DNA from: Macrostomum lignano
Taxonomy: Eukaryota
Direction of reading: 5' to 3'
Assembly (NCBI GenBank): GCA_002269645.1
Contig: NIVC01001685.1
Span: 157,198-221,197, forward strand
Length of the DNA: 64,000 nucleotides
Part shown: piece by piece, positions 30,001 to 45,000 of the stretch
Layout of the letters: every line of letters starts with the position of its first letter
Numbering within the stretch: position 1 is the first letter of the stretch
Notes under the pieces: generated by a model
Told to the model about the DNA's origin: nothing
The model's database searches: none
What the model saw: the letters and a program-made list of their open reading frames with translations, nothing else
Made by a program: the position numbers and the translations under genes

Positions 30001-33000
30001 CACGGGAGAGTTACAGAGATGAGACACGGGAGAGTTACAGAGATGAGACACGGAGAGTTACAGAGATGAGACACGGAGAGTTACAGAGATGAGACACGGA
30101 GAGTTACAGAGATGAGACACGGGAGAGTTACAGAGATGAGACACGGAGAGTTACAGAGATGAGACACGGGACAGTTATAGAGATGAGACACGGAGAGTTA
30201 CAGAGATGAGACACGGGAGAGTTACAGAGATGAGACACGGAGAGTTACAGAGATGAGACACGGGAGAGTTACAGAGATGAGACACGGAGAGTTACAGAGA
30301 TGAGACACGGAGAGTTACAGAGATGAGACACGGAGAGTTACAGAGATGAGACACGGGAGAGTTACAGAGATGAGACACGGGAGAGTTACAGAGATGAGAC
30401 ACTGGAGAGTTACAGAGATGAGACACGGAGAGTTACAGAGATGAGACACGGGAGAGTTACAGAGATGAGACACTGGAGAGTTACAGAGATGAGACACGGA
30501 GAGTTACAGAGATGAGACACGGAGAGTTACAGAGATGAGACACGGGAGAGTTACAGAGATGAGACACGGAGAGTTACAGAGATGAGACACTGGAGAGTTA
30601 CAGAGATGAGACACGGGAGAGTTACAGAGATGAGACACTGGAGAGTTACAGAGATGAGACACGGAGAGTTACAGAGATGAGACACGGAGAGTTACAGAGA
30701 TGAGACACGGGAGAGTTACAGAGATGAGACACGGAGAGTTACAGAGATGAGACACTGGAGAGTTACAGAGATGAGACACGGGAGAGTTACAGAGATGAGA
30801 CACGGGAGAGTTACAGAGATGAGACACTGGAGAGTTACAGAGATGAGACACGGGAGTTATAGAGATGAGACACGGAGAGTTACAGAGATGAGACACGGGA
30901 GAGTTACAGAGATGAGACACGGGAGAGTTACAGAGATGAGACACGGAGAGTTACAGAGATGAGACACGGGAGAGTTAAGAGATGAGACACGGGAGAGTTA
31001 CAGAGATGAGACACGGAGAGTTACAGAGATGAGACACGGAGAGTTACAGAGATGAGACACGGGAGAGTTATAGAGATGAGACACGGGAGAGTTACAGAGA
31101 TGAGACACGGAGAGTTACAGAGATGAGACACGGGAGAGTTATAGAGATGAGACACGGAGAGTTACAGAGATGAGACACGGGAGTTAGAGATGAGACACGG
31201 GAGAGTTACAGAGATGAGACACGGGAGAGTTACAGAGATGAGACACGGGACAGTTAGAGATGAGACACGGGAGTTGCAGAGATGAGACACGGGAGAGTTA
31301 CAGAGATGAGACACGGGAGAGTTAGAGATGAGACACGGGACAGTTGTAGAGATGAGACACGGGAGAGTTACAGAGATGAGACACGGGAGAGTTACAGAGA
31401 TGAGACACGGGACAGTTGTAGAGATGAGACACGGGACAGTTGTAGAGATGAGACACGGGAGAGTTACAGAGATGAGACACGGGAGAGTTACAGAGATGAG
31501 ACACGGGACAGTTGTAGAGATGAGACACGGGAGAGTTGCAGAGATGAGACACGGGAGAGTTACAGAGATGAGACACGGGAGTTATAGAGATGAGACACGG
31601 GAGAGTTGTAGAGATGAGACACGGGAGAGTTAGAGATGAGACACGGGAGAGTTACAGAGATGAGACACGGGAGTTACAGAGATGAGACACGGAGAGTTAC
31701 AGAGATGAGACACGGGAGAGTTACAGAGATGAGACACGGGAGTTACAGAGATGAGACACGGGAGAGTTACAGAGATGAGACACGGAGAGTTACAGAGATG
31801 AGACACGGGAGAGTTACAGAGATGAGACACGGGAGAGTTACAGAGATGAGACACGGGAGAGTTAGAGATGAGACACGGGACAGTTGTAGAGATGAGACAC
31901 GGGACAGTTAGAGATGAGACACGGGAGAGTTACAGAGATGAGACACGGGAAGTTAGAGATGAGACACGGGAGTTAGAGATGAGACACGGGAGAGTTACAG
32001 AGATGAGACACGGGAGAGTTACAGAGATGAGACACGGGACAGTTGTAGAGATGAGACACGGGAGAGTTACAGAGATGAGACACGGGAGAGTTACAGAGAT
32101 GAGACACGGGAGAGTTAGAGATGAGACACGGGACAGTTGTAGAGATGAGACACGGGAGTTAGAGATGAGACACGGGAGAGTTACAGAGATGAGACACGGG
32201 ACAGTTGTAGAGATGAGACACGGAGAGTTAGAGATGAGACACGGAGAGTTACAGAGATGAGACACGGGAGAGTTACAGAGATGAGACACGGGAGAGTTAG
32301 AGATGAGACACGGAGAGTTACAGAGATGAGACACGGGAGAGTTACAGAGATGAGACACGGGAGAGTTACAGAGATGAGACACGGGACAGTTGTAGAGATG
32401 AGACACGGGAGAGTTACAGAGATGAGACACGGAGAGTTACAGAGATGAGACACGGAGAGTTACAGAGATGAGACACGGGACAGTTGTAGAGATGAGACAC
32501 GGGAGAGTTACAGAGATGAGACACGGAGAGTTACAGAGATGAGACACGGAGAGTTACAGAGATGAGACACGGAGAGTTGTAGAGATGAGACACGGAGAGT
32601 TAGAGATGAGACACGGGAGAGTTACAGAGATGAGACACGGAGAGTTACAGAGATGAGACACGGAGAGTTACAGAGATGAGACACGGAGAGTTACAGAGAT
32701 GAGACACGGAGAGTTACAGAGATGAGACACGGGACAGTTAGAGATGAGACACGGAGAGTTACAGAGATGAGACACGGGAGAGTTACAGAGATGAGACACG
32801 GGACAGTTGTAGAGATGAGACACGGGAGAGTTACAGAGATGAGACACGGAGAGTTACAGAGATGAGACACGGGAGTTAGAGATGAGACACGGGAGTTAGA
32901 GATGAGACACGGGAGAGTTACAGAGATGAGACACGGAGAGTTACAGAGATGAGACACGGGAGTTAGAGATGAGACACGGAGAGTTACAGAGATGAGACAC

Positions 33001-36000
33001 GGGAGAGTTACAGAGATGAGACACGGGAGTTAGAGATGAGACACGGGAGTTACAGAGATGAGACACGGGAGAGTTACAGAGATGAGACACGGGAGAGTTA
33101 CAGAGATGAGACACGGGAGTTAGAGATGAGACACGGAGAGTTACAGAGATGAGACACGGAGAGTTACAGAGATGAGACACGGAGAGTTACAGAGATGAGA
33201 CACGGAGAGTTACAGAGATGAGACACGGGAGAGTTACAGAGATGAGACACGGGAGAGTTACAGAGATGAGACACGGGAGAGTTACAGAGATGAGACACGG
33301 AGAGTTACAGAGATGAGACACGGGAGAGTTACAGAGATGAGACACGGGAGAGTTACAGAGATGAGACACGGAGAGTTACAGAGATGAGACACGGGAGTTA
33401 CAGAGATGAGACACGGGAGAGTTACAGAGATGAGACACGGGAGTTACAGAGATGAGACACGGAGAGTTACAGAGATGAGACACGGAGAGTTACAGAGATG
33501 AGACACGGGAGAGTTACAGAGATGAGACACTGGAGAGTTACAGAGATGAGACACGGAGAGTTACAGAGATGAGACACGGAGAGTTACAGAGATGAGACAC
33601 GGGAGAGTTACAGAGATGAGACACGGAGAGTTACAGAGATGAGACACGGAGAGTTACAGAGATGAGACACGGGAGAGTTATAGAGATGAGACACGGGAGA
33701 GTTACAGAGATGAGACACTGGAGAGTTACAGAGATGAGACACGGGAGAGTTATAGAGATGAGACACGGAGAGTTACAGAGATGAGACACGGGAGAGTTAC
33801 AGAGATGAGACACGGAGAGTTACAGAGATGAGACACGGAGAGTTACAGAGATGAGACACGGGAGTTAAGAGATGAGACACGGAGAGTTACAGAGATGAGA
33901 CACGGAGAGTTACAGAGATGAGACACGGAGAGTTACAGAGATGAGACACGGAGAGTTATAGAGATGAGACACGGGAGAGTTACAGAGATGAGACACGGAG
34001 AGTTACAGAGATGAGACACGGGACAGTTATAGAGATGAGACACGGAGAGTTACAGAGATGAGACACGGGAGAGTTGTAGAGATGAGACACGGGAGAGTTA
34101 CAGAGATGAGACACGGAGAGTTACAGAGATGAGACACGGGACAGTTGTAGAGATGAGACACGGGAGAGTTAGAGATGAGACACGGAGAGTTACAGAGATG
34201 AGACACGGGACAGTTAGAGATGAGACACGGGAGAGTTGTAGAGATGAGACACGGGAGAGTTACAGAGATGAGACACGGGAGAGTTACAGAGATGAGACAC
34301 GGGACAGTTAGAGATGAGACACGGGAAGTTAGAGATGAGACACGGGAGAGTTACAGAGATGAGACACGGGAGAGTTACAGAGATGAGACACGGGACAGTT
34401 GTAGAGATGAGACACGGGAGAGTTGCAGAGATGAGACACGGGAGAGTTACAGAGATGAGACACGGGAGAGTTACAGAGATGAGACACGGGAGTTACAGAG
34501 ATGAGACACGGGAGAGTTAGAGATGAGACACGGGAGAGTTACAGAGATGAGACACGGGACAGTTACAGAGATGAGACACGGAGAGTTACAGAGATGAGAC
34601 ACGGGAGAGTTACAGAGATGAGACACGGGAGAGTTACAGAGATGAGACACGGGAGAGTTACAGAGATGAGACACGGGAGTTACAGAGATGAGACACGGGA
34701 GAGTTACAGAGATGAGACACGGGAGAGTTACAGAGATGAGACACGGGAGTTATAGATGAGACACGGGACAGTTGTAGAGATGAGACACGGGAGAGTTAGA
34801 GATGAGACACGGAGAGTTACAGAGATGAGACACGGGACAGTTTAGAGATGAGACACGGGAGTTAGAGATGAGACACGGGAGAGTTACAGAGATGAGACAC
34901 GGGAGAGTTACAGAGATGAGACACGGGACAGTTGTAGAGATGAGACACGGGAGTTACAGAGATGAGACACGGAGAGTTACAGAGATGAGACACGGGACAG
35001 TTATAGAGATGAGACACGGGACAGTTGTAGAGATGAGACACGGGAGAGTTAGAGATGAGACACGGGAGAGTTACAGAGATGAGACACGGGACAGTTGTAG
35101 AGATGAGACACGGAGAGTTGTAGAGATGAGACACGGGAGAGTTACAGAGATGAGACACGGGAGAGTTACAGAGATGAGACACGGGACAGTTAGAGATGAG
35201 ACACGGAGAGTTACAGAGATGAGACACGGGAGAGTTACAGAGATGAGACACGGGAGAGTTACAGAGATGAGACACGGGACAGTTGTAGAGATGAGACACG
35301 GGAGAGTTACAGAGATGAGACACGGAGAGTTACAGAGATGAGACACGGAGAGTTACAGAGATGAGACACGGGACAGTTGAGATGAGACACGGGAGAGTTA
35401 CAGAGATGAGACACGGAGAGTTACAGAGATGAGACACGGAGAGTTACAGAGATGAGACACGGAGAGTTAGAGATGAGACACGGAGAGTTACAGAGATGAG
35501 ACACGGGAGAGTTACAGAGATGAGACACTGGAGAGTTACAGAGATGAGACACGGAGAGTTACAGAGATGAGACACGGAGAGTTACAGAGATGAGACACGG
35601 GACAGTTAGAGATGAGACACGGGAGAGTTACAGAGATGAGACACGGAGAGTTACAGAGATGAGACACGGAGAGTTATAGAGATGAGACACGGGACAGTTG
35701 TAGAGATGAGACACGGGAGAGTTACAGAGATGAGACACGGGAGAGTTACAGAGATGAGACACGGGAGTTAGAGATGAGACACGGAGAGTTAGAGATGAGA
35801 CACGGGAGAGTTACAGAGATGAGACACGGGAGAGTTACAGAGATGAGACACGGAGAGTTACAGAGATGAGACACGGGAGAGTTACAGAGATGAGACACGG
35901 GAGAGTTACAGAGATGAGACACGGAGAGTTACAGAGATGAGACACGGGAGAGTTACAGAGATGAGACACGGGAGAGTTACAGAGATGAGACACGGAGAGT

Positions 36001-39000
36001 TACAGAGATGAGACACGGGAGAGTTACAGAGATGAGACACGGAGAGTTACAGAGATGAGACACGGAGAGTTACAGAGATGAGACACGGAGAGTTACAGAG
36101 ATGAGACACGGAGAGTTACAGAGATGAGACACGGGAAGTTACAGAGATGAGACACGGGAGAGTTACAGAGATGAGACACGGAGAGTTACAGAGATGAGAC
36201 ACGGAGAGTTACAGAGATGAGACACGGGAGAGTTACAGAGATGAGACACGGGAGAGTTACAGAGATGAGACACGGAGAGTTACAGAGATGAGACACGGAG
36301 AGTTACAGAGATGAGACACGGGAGAGTTACAGAGATGAGACACGGAGAGTTACAGAGATGAGACACTGGAGAGTTACAGAGATGAGACACGGAGAGTTAC
36401 AGAGATGAGACACGGGAGAGTTACAGAGATGAGACACGGGAGAGTTACAGAGATGAGACACGGAGAGTTACAGAGATGAGACACGGGAGAGTTACAGAGA
36501 TGAGACACGGAGAGTTACAGAGATGAGACACGGGAGTTAGAGATGAGACACGGGACAGTTGTAGAGATGAGACACGGGAGAGTTACAGAGATGAGACACT
36601 GGAGAGTTACAGAGATGAGACACGGAGAGTTACAGAGATGAGACACGGGAGAGTTACAGAGATGAGACACGGGAGAGTTACAGAGATGAGACACGGAGAG
36701 TTAGAGATGAGACACGGGAGAGTTACAGAGATGAGACACGGGAGAGTTACAGAGATGAGACACGGGAGAGTTAAGATGAGACACGGGACAGTTGTAGAGA
36801 TGAGACACGGGAGAGTTAGAGATGAGACACGGGAGAGTTACAGAGATGAGACACGGAGAGTTACAGAGATGAGACACGGAGTTAGAGATGAGACACGGGA
36901 GAGTTAGAGATGAGACACGGGAGAGTTACAGAGATGAGACACGGAGTTAGAGATGAGACACGGAGAGTTACAGAGATGAGACACGGGAGAGTTACAGAGA
37001 TGAGACACGGGAGTTAGAGATGAGACACGGGACAGTTAGAGATGAGACACGGAGAGTTACAGAGATGAGACACTGGAGAGTTACAGAGATGAGACACGGA
37101 GAGTTAGAGATGAGACACGGGAGTTACAGAGATGAGACACGGAGAGTTACAGAGATGAGACACGGGAGAGTTAGAGATGAGACACGGGACAGTTAGAGAT
37201 GAGACACGGGAGAGTTGCAGAGATGAGACACGGGAGAGTTACAGAGATGAGACACGGGAGAGTTACAGAGATGAGACACGGGAGAGTTACAGAGATGAGA
37301 CACGGGAGAGTTACAGAGATGAGACACGGGAGTTACAGAGATGAGACACGGGAGTTACAGAGATGAGACACGGGAGAGTTACAGAGATGAGACACGGAGA
37401 GTTACAGAGATGAGACACGGAGAGTTACAGAGATGAGACACGGAGAGTTAGAGATGAGACACGGGAGAGTTACAGAGATGAGACACGGGAGAGTTACAGA
37501 GATGAGACACGGGAGTTAGAGATGAGACACGGGAGTTACAGAGATGAGACACGGAGAGTTACAGAGATGAGACACGGAGAGTTACAGAGATGAGACACGG
37601 AGAGTTACAGAGATGAGACACGGAGAGTTACAGAGATGAGACACGGGAGAGTTAGAGATGAGACACGGGAGAGTTACAGAGATGAGACACGGAGAGTTAC
37701 AGAGATGAGACACGGAGAGTTACAGAGATGAGACACGGGAGAGTTACAGAGATGAGACACGGGAGAGTTAAGAGATGAGACACGGACAGTTGTAGAGATG
37801 AGACACGGGACAGTTAGAGATGAGACACGGGAGTTACAGAGATGAGACACGGAGAGTTACAGAGATGAGACACGGGAGAGTTACAGAGATGAGACACGGG
37901 AGTTATAGAGATGAGACACGGGAGAGTTACAGAGATGAGACACGGGAGAGTTGTAGAGATGAGACACGGGACAGTTGTAGAGATGAGACACGGGAGAGTT
38001 AGAGATGAGACACGGGAGAGTTACAGAGATGAGACACGGGAGAGTTGTAGAGATGAGACACGGGAGAGTTAGAGATGAGACACGGAGAGTTAGAGATGAG
38101 ACACGGAGAGTTACAGAGATGAGACACGGAGAGTTACAGAGATGAGACACGGAGAGTTACAGAGATGAGACACGGAGAGTTACAGAGATGAGACACGGGA
38201 GAGTTACAGAGATGAGACACGGGAGAGTTACAGAGATGAGACACGGAGAGTTACAGAGATGAGACACGGGAGAGTTACAGAGATGAGACACGGGAGAGTT
38301 ACAGAGATGAGACACGGAGAGTTATAGAGATGAGACACGGGACAGTTGTAGAGATGAGACACGGGAGAGTTACAGAGATGAGACACGGAGAGTTACAGAG
38401 ATGAGACACGGAGAGTTGCAGAGATGAGACACGGGACAGTTAGAGATGAGACACGGAGAGTTACAGAGATGAGACACGGAGAGTTACAGAGATGAGACAC
38501 GGAGAGTTGCAGAGATGAGACACGGAGAGTTACAGAGATGAGACACGGAGAGTTAAGAGATGAGACACGGGACAGTTGTAGAGATGAGACACGGGAGAGT
38601 TAGAGATGAGACACGGAGAGTTACAGAGATGAGACACGGGAGAGTTACAGAGATGAGACACGGGAAGTTACAGAGATGAGACACGGGAAGTTAGAGATGA
38701 GACACGGGAGAGTTAGAGATGAGACACGGGAGAGTTACAGAGATGAGACACGGAGAGTTACAGAGATGAGACACGGGAGAGTTACAGAGATGAGACACGG
38801 AGAGTTAGAGATGAGACACGGGAAGTTGTAGAGATGAGACACGGGAGAGTTACAGAGATGAGACACGGAGAGTTGCAGAGATGAGACACGGAGAGTTAGA
38901 GATGAGACACGGGAGAGTTACAGAGATGAGACACGGAGAGTTACAGAGATGAGACACGGGAGAGTTAGAGATGAGACACGGGAGAGTTACAGAGATGAGA

Positions 39001-42000
39001 CACGGAGAGTTAGAGATGAGACACGGAGAGTTACAGAGATGAGACACTGGAGAGTTACAGAGATGAGACACGGAGAGTTACAGAGATGAGACACGGAGAG
39101 TTACAGAGATGAGACACGGGAGAGTTACAGAGATGAGACACGGGAGTTAGAGATGAGACACGGGAGAGTTACAGAGATGAGACACGGGAGAGTTACAGAG
39201 ATGAGACACGGGAGAGTTACAGAGATGAGACACGGAGAGTTACAGAGATGAGACACGGGAGAGTTACAGAGATGAGACACGGGAGAGTTACAGAATGAGA
39301 CACGGGACAGTTTAGAGATGAGACACGGGAGAGTTACAGAGATGAGACACTGGAGAGTTACAGAGATGAGACACGGAGAGTTACAGAGATGAGACACGGA
39401 GAGTTACAGAGATGAGACACGGGAGAGTTACAGAGATGAGACACGGGAGAGTTAGAGATGAGACACGGGAGAGTTACAGAGATGAGACACGGAGAGTTAC
39501 AGAGATGAGACACTGGAGAGTTACAGAGATGAGACACTGGAGAGTTACAGAGATGAGACACGGGAGAGTTATAGAAATGAGACACGGGACAGTTGTAGAG
39601 ATGAGACACGGGAGAGTTACAGAGATGAGACACGGGAGAGTTACAGAGATGAGACACGGAGAGTTACAGAGATGAGACACGGAGAGTTACAGAGATGAGA
39701 CACGGGAGAGTTACAGAGATGAGACACGGGAGAGTTATAGAGATGAGACACGGGAGTTGTAGAGATGAGACACGGGAAGTTAGAGATGAGACACGGAGAG
39801 TTACAGAGATGAGACACGGAGAGTTAGAGATGAGACACGGGAGAGTTAGAGATGAGACACGGGACAGTTGTAGAGATGAGACACGGGAGAGTTACAGAGA
39901 TGAGACACGGAGAGTTACAGAGATGAGACACGGGAGAGTTACAGAGATGAGACACGGGAGAGTTACAGAGATGAGACACGGGAGAGTTACAGAGATGAGA
40001 CACGGGACAGTTAGAGATGAGACACGGGAGAGTTACAGAGATGAGACACTGGAGAGTTACAGAGATGAGACACGGAGAGTTACAGAGATGAGACACTGGA
40101 GAGTTACAGAGATGAGACACGGGAGAGTTACAGAGATGAGACACGGGAGAGTTACAGAGATGAGACACGGGAGAGTTACAGAGATGAGACACGGGACAGT
40201 TGTAGAGATGAGACACGGGAGAGTTACAGAGATGAGACACGGAGAGTTACAGAGATGAGACACGGAGAGTTACAGAGATGAGACACGGAGAGTTGTAGAG
40301 ATGAGACACGGGACAGTTGTAGAGATGAGACACGGGAGAGTTACAGAGATGAGACACTGGAGAGTTACAGAGATGAGACACGGAGAGTTGCAGAGATGAG
40401 ACACGGGAGAGTTACAGAGATGAGACACGGAGAGTTATAGAAATGAGACACGGGACAGTTGTAGAGATGAGACACGGGAAGTTGAGATGAGACACGGGAA
40501 GTTAGAGATGAGACACGGGAGAGTTACAGAGATGAGACACGGAGAGTTACAGAGATGAGACACGGAGAGTTACAGAGATGAGACACGGAGAGTTATAGAA
40601 TGAGACACGGGACAGTTGTAGAGATGAGACACGGGAGAGTTACAGAGATGAGACACGGAGAGTTCAGAGATGAGACACGGGAGAGTTACAGAGATGAGAC
40701 ACGGGAGAGTTACAGAGATGAGACACGGGAGAGTTACAGAATGAGACACGGGACAGTTGTAGAGATGAGACACGGGAGAGTTACAGAGATGAGACACGGG
40801 AGAGTTACAGAGATGAGACACGGAGAGTTACAGAGATGAGACACGGGACAGTTAGAGATGAGACACGGGAAGTTAGAGATGAGACACGGGACAGTTGTAG
40901 AGATGAGACACGGGAGAGTTACAGAGATGAGACACGGAGAGTTACAGAGATGAGACACGGGAGTTACAGAGATGAGACACGGGAGAGTTACAGAGATGAG
41001 ACACGGAGAGTTACAGAGATGAGACACGGGAGAGTTAGAGATGAGACACGGGAGAGTTACAGAGATGAGACACGGGAGAGTTAGAGATGAGACACGGGAG
41101 AGTTGTAGAGATGAGACACGGGAGAGTTACAGAGATGAGACACGGAGAGTTACAGAGATGAGACACGGAGAGTTGCAGAGATGAGACACGGGACAGTTTA
41201 GAGATGAGACACGGGAGAGTTACAGAGATGAGACACGGAGAGTTACAGAGATGAGACACGGAGAGTTACAGAGATGAGACACGGACAGTTAGAGATGAGA
41301 CACGGGACAGTTGTAGAGATGAGACACGGGAGAGTTACAGAGATGAGACACTGGGAGAGTTACAGAGATGAGACACGGAGAGTTACAGAGATGAGACACT
41401 GGAGAGTTACAGAGATGAGACACGGAGAGTTACAGAGATGAGACACGGAGAGTTATAGAGATGAGACACGGGACAGTTGTAGAGATGAGACACGGAGAGT
41501 TACAGAGATGAGACACTGGAGAGTTACAGAGATGAGACACGGAGAGTTAGAGATGAGACACGGGAGAGTTACAGAGATGAGACACGGAGAGTTACAGAGA
41601 TGAGACACGGGAGTTACAGAGATGAGACACGGGAGAGTTACAGAGATGAGACACGGGACAGTTACAGAGATGAGACACGGAGAGTTACAGAGATGAGACA
41701 CGGGAGAGTTACAGAGATGAGACACGGAGAGTTACAGAGATGAGACACGGGAAGTTAGAGATGAGACACGGAGAGTTACAGAGATGAGACACTGGAGAGT
41801 TACAGAGATGAGACACGGAGAGTTACAGAGATGAGACACGGAGAGTTCAGAGATGAGACACGGGAGAGTTAGAGATGAGACACGGAGAGTTACAGAGATG
41901 AGACACGGAGAGTTACAGAGATGAGACACTGGAGAGTTACAGAGATGAGACACGGGAGAGTTACAGAGATGAGACACGGAGAGTTAGAGATGAGACACGG

Positions 42001-45000
42001 GACAGTTGTAGAGATGAGACACGGGACAGTTAGAGATGAGACACGGGAGTTACAGAGATGAGACACGGGAGAGTTACAGAGATGAGACACGGGAGAGTTA
42101 CAGAGATGAGACACGGGAGAGTTACAGAGATGAGACACGGGAGAGTTGTAGAGATGAGACACGGGAGAGTTAGAGATGAGACACGGGAGAGTTGTAGAGA
42201 TGAGACACGGGACAGTTACAGAGATGAGACACGGAGAGTTACAGAGATGAGACACGGGAGAGTTAGAGATGAGACACGGGAGTTACAGAGATGAGACACG
42301 GGAGAGTTACAGAGATGAGACACGGAGAGTTACAGAGATGAGACACGGGAGAGTTAGAGATGAGACACGGGAGAGTTACAGAGATGAGACACGGGAGAGT
42401 TATAGAAATGAGACACGGGACAGTTGTAGAGATGAGACACGGGAGAGTTACAGAGATGAGACACTGGAGAGTTACAGAGATGAGACACGGAGAGTTACAG
42501 AGATGAGACACGGAGAGTTACAGAGATGAGACACGGGAGAGTTACAGAGATGAGACACGGGAGAGTTACAGAGATGAGACACGGGAGAGTTAGAGATGAG
42601 ACACGGGAGTTACAGAGATGAGACACGGAGAGTTACAGAGATGAGACACGGAGAGTTACAGAGATGAGACACGGAGAGTTACAGAGATGAGACACGGAGA
42701 GTTGCAGAGATGAGACACGGAGTTGTAGAGATGAGACACGGGAGAGTTACAGAGATGAGACACTGGAGAGTTACAGAGATGAGACACGGAGAGTTGCAGA
42801 GATGAGACACGGGAGAGTTACAGAGATGAGACACGGAGAGTTACAGAGATGAGACACGGGACAGTTGTAGAGATGAGACACGGGACAGTTAGAGATGAGA
42901 CACGGACAGTTATAGAGATGAGACACGGGAGAGTTACAGAGATGAGACACGGAGAGTTACAGAGATGAGACACGGGACAGTTAAGAGATGAGACACGGGA
43001 GAGTTACAGAGATGAGACACGGAGAGTTGAGATGAGACACGGGACAGTTGTAGAGATGAGACACGGGAGAGTTGCAGAGATGAGACACGGGAGTTAAGAG
43101 ATGAGACACGGGACAGTTAGAGATGAGACACGGGAGAGTTAGAGATGAGACACGGAGAGTTACAGAGATGAGACACGGAGAGTTACAGAGATGAGACACG
43201 GGAGAGTTACAGAGATGAGACACGGGAGAGTTACAGAGATGAGACACGGGACAGTTACAGAGATGAGACACGGGAGAGTTACAGAGATGAGACACGGAGA
43301 GTTGCAGAGATGAGACACGGGAGAGTTACAGAGATGAGACACGGGAGAGTTACAGAGATGAGACACGGGAGAGTTATAGATGAGACACGGGAGTTACAGA
43401 GATGAGACACGGGAGAGTTACAGAGATGAGACACGGGAGTTACAGAGATGAGACACGGAGAGTTACAGAGATGAGACACGGGAGAGTTAGAGATGAGACA
43501 CGGGAGAGTTGTAGAGATGAGACACGGGACAGTTAGAGATGAGACACGGGAGAGTTACAGAGATGAGACACGGAGAGTTACAGAGATGAGACACGGGACA
43601 GTTATAGAGATGAGACACGGGAGAGTTACAGAGATGAGACACGGAGAGTTACAGAGATGAGACACGGGACAGTTAGAGATGAGACACGGGAGAGTTACAG
43701 AGATGAGACACGGGAGAGTTACAGAGATGAGACACGGGAGAGTTACAGAGATGAGACACGGAGAGTTACAGAGATGAGACACGGAGAGTTACAGAGATGA
43801 GACACGGAGAGTTACAGAGATGAGACACGGGAGAGTTACAGAGATGAGACACGGGAGAGTTACAGAGATGAGACACGGAGAGTTACAGAGATGAGACACG
43901 GGAGAGTTACAGAGATGAGACACGGAGAGTTACAGAGATGAGACACGGAGAGTTACAGAGATGAGACACGGGAGAGTTACAGAGATGAGACACGGAGAGT
44001 TACAGAGATGAGACACGGAGAGTTGCAGAGATGAGACACGGAGAGTTACAGAGATGAGACACGGGAGAGTTACAGAGATGAGACACGGGAGAGTTACAGA
44101 GATGAGACACGGGAGAGTTAGAGATGAGACACGGGAGAGTTACAGAGATGAGACACGGAGAGTTACAGAGATGAGACACGGGAGAGTTATAGAGATGAGA
44201 CACGGGAGAGTTACAGAGATGAGACACGGAGAGTTACAGAGATGAGACACGGGACAGTTAGAGATGAGACACGGGAGTTACAGAGATGAGACACGGGAGA
44301 GTTACAGAGATGAGACACGGGAGAGTTAGAGATGAGACACGGGAGAGTTACAGAGATGAGACACGGGAGAGTTAGAGATGAGACACGGGACAGTTATAGA
44401 GATGAGACACGGGAGAGTTGCAGAGATGAGACACGGGAGAGTTACAGAGATGAGACACGGGAGAGTTACAGAGATGAGACACGGGAGAGTTACAGAGATG
44501 AGACACGGGAGAGTTACAGAGATGAGACACGGGAGAGTTACAGAGATGAGACACGGGAGAGTTACAGAGATGAGACACGGGAGAGTTAGAGATGAGACAC
44601 GGGAGAGTTACAGAGATGAGACACGGAGAGTTACAGAGATGAGACACGGAGAGTTACAGAGATGAGACACGGAGAGTTACAGAGATGAGACACGGAGAGT
44701 TACAGAGATGAGACACGGGAGAGTTACAGAGATGAGACACGGGAGAGTTACAGAGATGAGACACGGGAGAGTTACAGAGATGAGACACGGGAGAGTTACA
44801 GAGATGAGACACGGGAGAGTTACAGAGATGAGACACGGAGAGTTACAGAGATGAGACACGGGAGTTACAGAGATGAGACACGGAGAGTTACAGAGATGAG
44901 ACACGGGAGAGTTACAGAGATGAGACACGGGAGTTACAGAGATGAGACACTGGAGAGTTACAGAGATGAGACACGGAGAGTTATAGAGATGAGACACGGT